Source of the DNA: Octopus bimaculoides
Taxonomy: Eukaryota
Assembly (NCBI RefSeq): GCF_001194135.2
Contig: NC_068984.1
Coordinates: forward strand, 82,033,949-82,097,862
DNA: 63,914 nucleotides
Direction of reading: 5' to 3'
The position numbers were made by a program, and so were the translations under genes. Of this stretch, positions 25,801-37,400 are shown in pieces. Within the stretch, counting starts at the first letter, position 1; every line of letters starts with the position of its first letter. The notes beneath the pieces were generated by a model. The model saw only the letters and a program-made list of their open reading frames with translations. It did no database searches and had not been told where the DNA came from.

Positions 25801-28800
25801 AGGAGGTAAGTTCTGTAGTAGTTTGGCTTTTTTTTCAATCTCACCAATAATATAGAAGTAAATATTAGAATTAGAATATAAAACTATAAAGGTTGTGTTC
25901 CAATCTTGCCCATTCATAATACTCCGGCGCACTTCTCACTACACTGTAATCCTATTATTGCATTCTTTTGTTGTATTACAACCTTATTACTGAAGATATC
26001 ACACTATAGTTATGTGAATTAATAATTATATTCAATGCCCCTGGACTGGCTCATGTGCGGGCGACACATGAAATCTTTCGAGCGAGATCGTTGCCGGTGC
26101 CCCTGGGCCGGCTTGTGGGTGACACATGAGGTTTTTCGAGCGGGATCGTTTGCCAGTGCCCCCGGACTGCTCATGTGCGGGCGACACATGATATCTTTGG
26201 TGCGAGATCGTTGCCGGTGCCCATGGACTGGCCCTTGTGCAAGTGACACGTGGGGTTTTTCGAGCGAGATCGTTGCCGGTGCCCCTGGGCTGGCTTTTGT
26301 GCGAGTGGGACATAAAAGACACCATTTCGAGCGTGGCCGTTTTCGTGCGGGTGACACGTAAAAGCACCCACTACACTCTGAGTGGTTGGCGTTAGGAAGG
26401 GCATCCAGCTGTAGAAACTCTGCCAAATTAGATTGGAGCCTGGTGTTGCCATCCGGTTTCACCAGTCCTCAGTCAAATCGTCCAACCCATGCTAGCATGG
26501 AAAGCAGACGTTAAACGATGATGATGATGATATGAAAACACATTTTGAGTTTTACTATCATGGATATGTTTACATCCAAGTTAAATGTGGGACAAAAACA
26601 AATGTTCTATTATAATTTTGATTATCAAGTTCAGTTATTAGCTCCATTGTAGCTGACAGCTCATATGTTCTCATTAAGGTTTAAATAACATCTTATAAAA
26701 ACTTGTTGAAAATCAGATGATGTGCTTGATAAAAACATCAGATTGAAAAAATAAGATATGTGTATCGTTCTGTATTTTCATGTGTGTACATGGGAAGTGT
26801 GTGAGGTGAGAGTTTTATACACATTACAATTGAGAGTGATGACTTTTTTCTGATAAACTCCATCTCTGCTTTTTACCTTTAGGTGATCTCTACTCTAGAA
26901 TTAATGACCAAAAAGGTGTGGAATTCTGTGAAGAGCAAGTAAGTAAGCATTTTATCACCTTGGTGGTATCAACTTTGGAGATATATATTGTTTTCTCTCT
27001 CTCTTTTTTTTCCCCCAGTTTTCTGTTCCATCATGGATTATGCAATGCTGAAAATTTGAACATTTTCTCTTTTTTTTATTTCTTTAGTCTGTGGAGATGA
27101 CATCGTATCCAGAGTATTTTAGATTCTCTTAAAATGGGGTAATTGATTGAAGGGAACAACATTTAGTTTGAAACTAATTTGGAAGTTACTGGGAAAACAG
27201 GAGGCAAAAGATTTCCTGAGTGGGGAAGGGCCGAGAGTAAATGTTTTACAAATAAGTGAAGGAATTGAGAAAGAAAATTTGAATACATTTTGTGGATTTA
27301 AATGGGAATTGTATGCAGTAAACATTTTTAGAGAAGCTTAAGATTTGGAAACATGTTTAGGCTCTTTGTTAATATTGATCCTTCAAACATACAATATGTG
27401 ATGTACCAGTGAATACAAAGAAGAAAATATAGTGCTGGAGCTTACTAAACGATCCTCAACATTTATCTGTTGCAGAATTTGAAAACTATAACTCATCAGT
27501 ACATATTCCAGCATGCTAATCACATTGTGACTATACCTGATTTAAGTTCTATTTTAGCAGCAGAATTTACTTACATTTAGAAGTAATTAGATAGCAACAC
27601 CACACTTTCATTTCTGCTCAAACTTACTTGTAGCACTTGCCTCTTGGGTTGTCATTTTTACAATATATATTCTTTCTGGACCCTTTATCAAGACTTATAC
27701 GATACAATCCTTCAATTTAAGGAATGGTGTTATATTGAACTCTTTTCCTTGTAATAAGCCCCTACCTTACAATAACCTTCAACTCCTCAAATACCACATC
27801 AATTACACTCTTCTCGATTTAGCCATTGAGGAACCTCTATGTGATTTCACTTCTTTCCAGAAATATCAAAAAAACTCTTCTTCACATCACACTCTGCCTC
27901 TTTAAAAATGGAAGGGCAATTTGGACAATTAAGTCTTTGATTGGATGGTCAGAACACAATGTAATAACTTTTGATAATAAATCAACTTAAAACTGTCCCG
28001 GGATTAAACACTGTTGCTTTATAATTGAGAAGCTTACTGTTAAAAGATAACTATAATGCAATTTCTCTAAAATATACAAATATCTGCATTTTCAAAAACT
28101 ATTGAAACATGGAAAATTTGATGTAAAAAAAAAACTAAAACAAAAACTAAGTAAGATGATAAAAAAATTGTTGAAAATTATATGTAATTTCTTTGTAAGG
28201 ATTTTTGTGTTTTTGTTTTCTAGATCTTAGATTGGTTTGTTCAAATATGCTTGGCTGTGAAATATATACATGACAAAAACATCTTACACAGAGACATAAA
28301 ATCTCAGGTAATATAATATATTTTATATCCAGTTTTCCATAATGGCATAGGTTGGATGGGTCTATTATAGTACAATATCTCATCACTTGCCACAATACTT
28401 AGTCATCTGATAAATATAACACCAGAGAAAACTGACAATCCATACAGTAAATGCATGCTTTTTATAGTTAGATACCTTTCTAAATCATGAATTACTTGAT
28501 GGCATATACCGTGTGCATTGTATCAGTATCTTGTTATCAACACAAGCGAACTTGTCTGCTTGGACTAGAGAGTACTTTCCACATTTTCTAATTTTTGTAA
28601 AATGTTCAAGGTTATTTGAGAGATGTAAAACTAAGTATTGACCAATGTCCTCCTTTTAAAATTGCTGGCTTTGTGCCTAAATCAGAAGTTATTTTTATTA
28701 TGAAGGTGGTAAGCTGGCAGAATCATTAGTATGTCAAAAAAGCCAAAAACTTTATATTATTTGTAGTAAAGATTGTTTGCCAACATAACATGGCAGTCCT

Positions 28801-29195
28801 GGTTTAGGACAAATGTTGTAATTTAGGTCCAGGAGACATCGTTTCCAGTTGGTTATATGACATGATCTGTGTCCTTGTATTTTCAAACAAGGGAAACTAG
28901 CATCTCTACTCAGCTCAAAACGATATCTGTGTATCGCGATTTCCAGGTTATTTCCCTTCATCAGCACAGAATAGTTGTTCAGCTAGAAGTGGCGCTGCCA
29001 AATTGCCATTCGAAATATATGGTTTTCAAAGTGACAACTAATCACTGATCTATAAATTAGAAAATTACTATTTTTAAATTTCACAATGAGAGATATTCAA
29101 CAACAGTACTTTGTAGTAAAGATTGTTTGCCAACATAAATTGGCATTCCTGGTTTAGGACGAATGTTGCTTTGTGTGCCTTGGGTATGTGCTGTG

Positions 29196-29242
<47 letters not shown>

Positions 29243-30340
29243 TCTTTTTATCACAGGTTTTGTTGGAACTTCTGGAGTCTTGCACACATAGTGGGCTTGC
29301 TACCTGCAACCTATAGTGCCATGCTATCTGTTCTTTTCAGTTATCTAATATTTTCCTGATTATTCTGGCTGTGCCAAGGAGGCAAGCTTTTGTATCAGTT
29401 TTACTGGGCACTCTATTCTAATTTCCTTTATATTCCTTTTGGTGCCTTCTAATACTGTTGCCAAGGACCCAACAATAATTGGCACTATCTTCACCTTCTT
29501 CATTCTCCATAGCCGGGCTATTTTGTACTTAAGAAGGTTGTATTTATCTATTTTTTCACCTTCTTGACTATTTGTGGGTCAAAGGGGCATGCAACATCAA
29601 CTGTATTGTACAGATTAATTCAATAGACTACACCTTTCCCTAAAACGTATGGCTTTGAGCCTGTTTGAAATTATTAAGATTATTATATTTATGTTATCAA
29701 TATTATCGTTATGACTAATTGTTATTGATAATATTCATTATCTTCAGAATATATTTTTAACGAAAGATGGAACAGTGAAAATTGGAGATTTTGGTATTTC
29801 TAAAGTATTAAACAGGTAACTAAGATGTTCATTAATTTATCCTTGATGCCTTACATGGGGAGATGCTTCAGATATGTGGTAGGATTAGTAGTATAGAAGT
29901 GGGAGATAGGTATATATAATCTCTCCAGCCTGAAATTGAAACTTGATCACAGGTACAGTCTATCAAGAGCTTACTTCTGTTTGATTATGCTTATTAGTGC
30001 AGTTATTAGATCCATATTTTTAGGTAAATAGAGTAAAAGAAATTTGAAGTTGCATTCATGCCTTAAGAATTACTAATCTTCGTCGTTGATTTAATGTTCA
30101 CTTTTCCAGGCATGCATGGGTTAGATGAAATTTGTTGAGGCAGATTTTTCTATGCTTGGATGCCCTCATCTGTTTCCAAGTAAGGTAACATTTTCCCATC
30201 ACTTAACATGTTTTCAAAAAAGATTGGAAAAACTTATATGATGACAACACTTGTTTACAACTATCATGCGATGTCAAGGCAAGGAGACAAGGATGTAACT
30301 GATATACATGTATGCAAGTGCACACACACATGCACATGCT

Positions 30341-30425
<85 letters not shown>

Positions 30426-31556
30426 CAGGCTTCTTTCAATTTCTGTCTACCTAATCCAAGGCTTTTGTCAGTCTGCGGTTATAGTTGAAGACACTTGCCT
30501 GAGATGCCATGTAAGACTGAACTCAAAACCATGTGTCTGAGAAGCAAACTTCTAACCACAGCTATTACTTCTATTTATAGAATTAAAGTTTTTTAAGATT
30601 TAGAGGAGGAAGGACAAGGTCCACTACCTATTACAGAACTCTTGAGACTGATGGATGTTGAGGAAAGAAAGGAAGTTATCCTCAGCCTAGAGACCTCATC
30701 ATGCACTTGCGACAAGGGGGACTGTGCTAAAGGCCAAGTGGGGCAGTGTGTTAAACTGGGTGACAGATTATGTCTACCATTCAGGAATAGTCACAGTCCA
30801 TTTGATGGTTTTCCACACAGCTTCCATCTAACCAGTTTCACTGACAAGGCTTTGGATGATCTGAGTCTATCTGAAAGCTAAATACATGGCACTTATTCAT
30901 TCCTTGGTTGTAACTATTCACTGAACCACTCCTGTGGTTGCAGACACAGAACTATTTGGTTAAAAAATTTGTTTCACATTCACATGATCTCAAGCTTCAA
31001 TTTGATTGTGTGACATTGGGTAAAATGAAAGTACTTGTTCAAGGTGTCACACAATCAAATTGAAGCTTGAGATCATGTGAATGTGAAACAAATTTTTTAA
31101 CCAAATAGTTCTGTGTCTGCAACCACAGGAATGGTTCAGTGAATAGTTACAACCAAGGAATGAATAAGTGCCATGTATTTAGCTTTCAAATACATGATAG
31201 TTAGAAACTGGTATTGATTTAAATGGCTAAGTCCCTCCACCTAAATTGTTAATATGAATATGTGGTTTTACAACTGGGTGACCCAAGTAGATACCATTAC
31301 TTAGGTGAATAAAGCAATACTGCAAGCATTGTTTAAACATACAGCTCTTTGACCAGCAATCCACCTTAACTATTCCAGTGTCACTCTGTATGTGTGTGTG
31401 TGTGCGTATGGGTGTGTGAATAAGAAGCTCGCTTCCAAACCATGTGCCATTGTGTGGCACTTTGGGCTAGTGTCTTCTACTATAACCCTAGGTTGACCAA
31501 AATCTGGAATTAATAGAAAGAAGCTGCAAGAAGTCTATTGTATGTATATACGCGCA

Positions 31557-31604
<48 letters not shown>

Positions 31605-31979
31605 CATGCACACACATGTATGTGTGTATTTGTATCTTACCATTGCATGATGGTTGTAAACGAGTGTCACTGTCATACAAGTGATGTTGTTGATTTCCAT
31701 TCTTCTGTGAAAAAACATGTCTGGCTGTGGGAACTATTATCTCTTTGCCTGGAAGCCAGTGAAGGCTGGTGACAAGAAAGGCATCTGGTTGTAGAAAATC
31801 TGCCTCAGCAAATTCCACCTGACCCATCCAAGTGTACGTAAAAGGAAATTGTATGTATGTGCATGTATTGCTGTAAGTCAAACAAATAAGAGGGGAGTTC
31901 TTAATACAGGTTGTAGAGAATGTTTTTTTTATTGAAACTGAAACTTTGTCCTGCAACTTGAGTTTCAGTTTCAATAAAG

Positions 31980-32016
<37 letters not shown>

Positions 32017-32026
32017 NNNNNNNNNN

Positions 32027-32066
<40 letters not shown>

Positions 32067-34180
32067 ACGTAAAAGCGCCTGTCCAGTGTCATATAAAAGC
32101 ACCCAGCACACTGTGAGATGGTTGGCATCAGGAAGGACATCCAGCCATAGAAACCATGCCAAATCAGACTGGTGTCTGGTGCAGCTCCCCAGTTTGCTAG
32201 CTCTGCTGAAACCCATGCCAGCATGGACAACAGATGTTAGATAATGATGATGATATATGTATATGTGTGTAATACCAGTGTATGGGTTTGTATGTTGCTG
32301 TTTAGCTCAGATCAGCTCTAATCTATCAGACCTATGATCAGATGTTTCAGATGAGCCCATATTATTGTCTTTTATTTTAAGTCAGTATAATATCTCTGGT
32401 TACTATATCCAACATGCTCTTCTTTTTTTTTCTAACTATGGTAGGAATCGAAGGAGATTTGGGTGTTATTTGTAGCACATTGAACAATCCTGTAAAGTGG
32501 TATTAAGGAATTCAAATTTTGATGGAATTTTTGTATTCATACCTTTCTCTCAAAAGCATTGGTAGTATAAATTAGACACCTTCAGCTTGTAATCAAAAAC
32601 CAGCTTAAGTACTTCAATAGATATATACTGTTTTATATTAAATTTAAAACACTTAGCCCTATCTTTCTGTCCATATGGCTCTAAAGTAAAAATCTTTGGG
32701 CACTGGACATGCTCCTTTGGTTAACACATATACTTAATGCTTATTCTGCTTTCATTTAAACTTAAATTTTAGAGCAGCTCCTTTTCTGTAAACTTTTAGC
32801 AATCATAGTTGTTATGGTGTTAATAGAAACCAATAAAACTATTACAAGTGTGGCCTCCCATGTGATATGATAGAAATTTTCCTCTGCCAAATTTAATATG
32901 TCAAGAAGGCTAAGCATAGCAATTTAAACTATCTTTATTGCTGCTGGATTTGGGTTATTTTAAATGCTAAAAGATTACAAATAGCACAATGCAATTTCTA
33001 GATTTCTCTCTACTCATCCTGATTGACATCTGAAGTACTTGTAGTACAGCAAATACTTGTATATATTTTTCTAATACTCACGTTTCATTACCAGTGATAT
33101 TAGTTTTTAACACAATGCAGTTTGTGCCTTATCTTTTGTTTAACATAGCTATGGTGGTACCTGCAATATATTTCTGGCTCAGATAATTTTATTTTTCTTA
33201 CATATATTTTTCAGTACCTGTGATATGGCAAAAACTTGTATAGGAACACCTTTCTACCTTTCTCCAGAGATTTGTGAAAATCGGCCATATAACACTAAAA
33301 GGTTTGTTTTGTCTCTTGCTTGTTTCTTTGTTTCCATTATATTCGTGATAATTTTAACTCGACTACTTACTCAACATCATCATTTCACTTCTTCCAGCCT
33401 GCATATTTGCTAACCTGACCACTCCATGCATAGATTGTGGTAAATTGATACTCTGTTGTGCTAGTATGTCTGATTATTCTTTTAGCAGTGGAAGTCCTTG
33501 GGGCATAAGAACATTTTAACTGTCCAGGATGTTACTAGTTGATATCTGTCATTACAGTGTATCTTTAGTCAAGATATTTAATTCTCAAATGACTTACAGA
33601 TTTACAATAGGTACATATAGAAATATGTGTTTGTGTGTGTATAACAAAACTGGAGAGTAGGTTCATGAATTAAATATGCAGGTGGGAGAGTTGCAGAAAT
33701 ACTTTATGGTATATCTTCCAGCTCTCTAAATTCTGAGTTCAAATCCAACCTGCCTGGAGACAGCAATGGGAAACCACTCCAGTATTCATCCCATTGTTAG
33801 TCATGGTAGCCAAAGTCTCAGTGATCTACTTAATGGCAGCAGGGGAGGGTATGAACCTTTCTAGGTCATATAGGGAATGCTGGAGTAGGTTCACACGCAC
33901 AGGACCTACCCAAGGACACACCACTACTAGACTAAACGAGACACTTATTTCAGTGAAGATATAAGGTGAGTTATGCAATCCAGGACAGGTAAGTTTTCTA
34001 GGTTTCTACATTTTTGGAGATTCATACTGATTCATTTGGTATGAATCTCTGACAAAGTGAAGATCTTGAAATCTTACTGGGCTCAGATTGCACAATTTGA
34101 TCATTATCTTCACTGAAATACATGTAAGATGATGTGTAGTCAAATAATTTATGAACTGACTCTCCAGTTCTGTTTTTGTT

Positions 34181-34227
<47 letters not shown>

Positions 34228-34387
34228 TGTGATTTTTCTTACTATTTGAGACCAGTAAAAGGAAACCTAAACTATGATACACAAGTTTTCTTTGCAGTTT
34301 TCTCTCTCAAAATGTTAGGACACATTTGGAATTTTAAACACTTTAGATGCCATGCAATTTGAATTTGAATCACACTATAAAAATACA

Positions 34388-34424
<37 letters not shown>

Positions 34425-37400
34425 ACATGTACACAGTCATCATTTAGTGTCCACATTTCCATGCTTGCATGGGTTGCATGGAATTTTAAGCAGATTTTCT
34501 ATGGCAGGATACCCTTCCTGTTGCCAACCCTCACCTCCAAGCAAGAAAATATTCCCTATGACCAGATATATTTTCACAGAAGTTAGGGACACTTGTTTAC
34601 AGCTTTCACATGAAATCAAAGAAAGGCAACAGTAATACACACGCATAGGCACACACACAGAGTCATAAAGTCTGGAGGCATGAGAGGTGAATATTCCCTG
34701 TAGCTACTGGAATTGTTGAGTATATATATAAACAGATTGGTTGCTTGTTTCTCTGGAATTGGTCAAATTGATGTAGACACCTTTGATGAGAATCCAATAT
34801 ATTTTGAAACTTTATTAAGACTGTTCATCATGTTTCTATGGAGAAATAGCTATAAAAAAAAAAAAGCCCTCTTTATATATCCACTCTATTATTGGTTACA
34901 TATTTACTTATTTAACTATGTTATATAAATATACATTCTCTGCTTATACCTCTCGACTTTATGGTTTTATATACTCCTCATATAATTTCCTCAAACAGAT
35001 CTTTTGGATTTTCAGTTACATGGGCACTCTACATTAAACTTCTTTGTAATTGATTATTAGGTGGACTGATAACCAAGTCCATAAGAAGAGCTTTCTGTGA
35101 TAGAAGAGGAGTTATGTGATATCTGACAATTTTCTGAAGGCTTAGTTCAACCCAGAGCTATAGTAGTAGATACTTGTTCAATGTGTTATGCAGTGGGACA
35201 GGACCCAAGACCATCATCATCATCATCATCATCATTTAACGTCCGTTTTCCATGCTGGCATGGATTGGACGGTTTGACTGACGTCTGGAGAGCCAGCGGC
35301 TGCACCAGGCTCCAATCTGATCTGGCAATGTTTCTACAGCTGGATGCCCTTCCTAATGCCAACCACTCCGAGAGTTTAATGGGTGCTTTTTACATGTCAT
35401 TGGCACAGGAGCCAGTCAGGTGGCCCTGGCACAGGAGCCAGTCAGGTGGCCCTGGCATCAATCACGTTTGAATAGTGCTTTTTACGTGCTACTGGCATGG
35501 AAGCCAGTCAGATGGATGGTGCTTTTTACATGCCACCAGCACAGGAGCCAGCCAGGGGGCACTGGCATCGACCACATTCAGATGGTGCTTTTTTACATGC
35601 CATCGGCATGGGAGCCAGTCAGGCAGCACTGGCATTGATCACTTTCAGATAGTGCTTTTTACATGCCACTGGCACGGGAGCCAGACAGGGGTCACTGGCA
35701 TCAACCACATTTGGATGATGTAGTCTTCTTACCAATCAGCCACCATGATTATAAGTGGTTATATTTTTAAAATTCTTTTTATGTGCAGAAAATGTAAACA
35801 ATAAATACAAGAAAAAAGATTTCCTGTCTATTTTCTCCATATAGTTATCTTGCTATATTCATTTTAAAGATTTTCCTTGACTTATATTTCTTCTTTTATT
35901 CTGTTTAGTTTTTCTATAAAAGAATATGTTAATTCTGATCAAGATGATGTCATTGTAAATAACGAGTAGCTTTTCTTTCCCCTACCTTTCTTTCATCAGA
36001 TTTCTGTTAATTTGATTTGTATAAACCATCTTCTTTCAGCTAAATGTTACTTTAGTTATCTTCCTGTAACATATATTTCAAGCTTTCCCTTATCTTCAAC
36101 AGTGATATCTGGTCCTTAGGTTGTGTTCTCTATGAGCTTACCAATTTACGCCACCCGGTAAGCACTATTTTAATTTGTATTTATTTCCTTAGTGAAAATT
36201 TACTTCTTTACAGTTCATTTAAAGATCTATTACAGTAAAATGAAGTAAAATTAAGCCTTCCAGCTTCAGAATACAAGACAGATTAGATCTGCTACCTCCT
36301 GAAATGATGTGTCTATCATCTCCTTGGCAAAGATGTGGCGTAAAGTATGTTTTAATTGTTGTGGGTAGTTTATGGCTCATATTAAATACATCCCATTCCT
36401 CAAACTGAAAACATACCCTCTAAATTACCCCCAAATGTACAGGTGCAGTAAATAATATTCTTCATGTTTCCATATCCAGTACATGATTTCATTGGTGTCT
36501 GTTATTCTCATTAATTCTTGACATTCATTAAAGAATTCAAGAATAGCAATTTCCGTAATTAAGCATTAATTATTTGGCAGTTAGTGGAGTTAAGTATTTT
36601 CTCAAGTATTAACTGCATTGAAATACTTATTCAGGATCTATGAGTCAGAGTCTGGCATCATTTCATCCTTTCAGTCATCTTAAGTCTTAAGAAATTTGAG
36701 AAAGGAATTTCAAAAATTCACATATTCTGCATTCAAGAGTATTTTATTCATGCTACCCATAAACAAGTGCAGGTATTTCTCTTCATGTTTATTTATTTAC
36801 TTTTTAATTTTTATCTTTTATTTTTTTTAATTACTTCTAGTTTGAAGCCAGGAATTTGAACAACTTAGTTTTTAAAATTGTGAGGTAAGAAATATTTTTT
36901 CAATGTGATTAAATTATATGATAAAGAATTCCTTGTGAAAAAAACATTAAAACACTTGTTGGTCTGCTAAAAATATACTATACACATTTCAGCTATAAAA
37001 ATCAGGTCATCAGCATATCGTTTTAAACTCCTTTGTTATAATTTGGAGGACTACAGTGAACAGAAAGGAAACAAGGACTGAGTTCTGATTAACCCTTAAT
37101 ATATTCATTAATCTCTTAAAAGCATATTTATTCTGTTGGAAACACATCACTTAGTGCATTAAAAAAAAAAAACTTATTTGTTAATCTGTTAGAAAAAGTA
37201 CACCTGTTAAAAACACACTTGTTAGTTTTTTTTTGTTTTTTTTTTTAATATAATCATTAGTCTGTTAATATCATTTACTAGTCTGTTAAAAACATGCTTA
37301 TTGAGACAAACATATGACTATATATGAAATTAAAACCTAGGATAGGCTTTCTAAGAATATAGGATATATTGTTATATAATTTCATATTGTATGAAATTCT

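Noticed and set aside
26031-26365. Regularly spaced repeats resembling a CRISPR array (also 44024-44533)
   Set aside because: Eukaryotic intronic context, no unique spacers and no cas genes; these are tandem repeats
24170-26462. Clusters of overlapping ORFs on both strands (also 35181-35723, 38377-38574, 44153-44424)
   Set aside because: Products of GC-rich SINE subrepeats or the minisatellite; no coding signature
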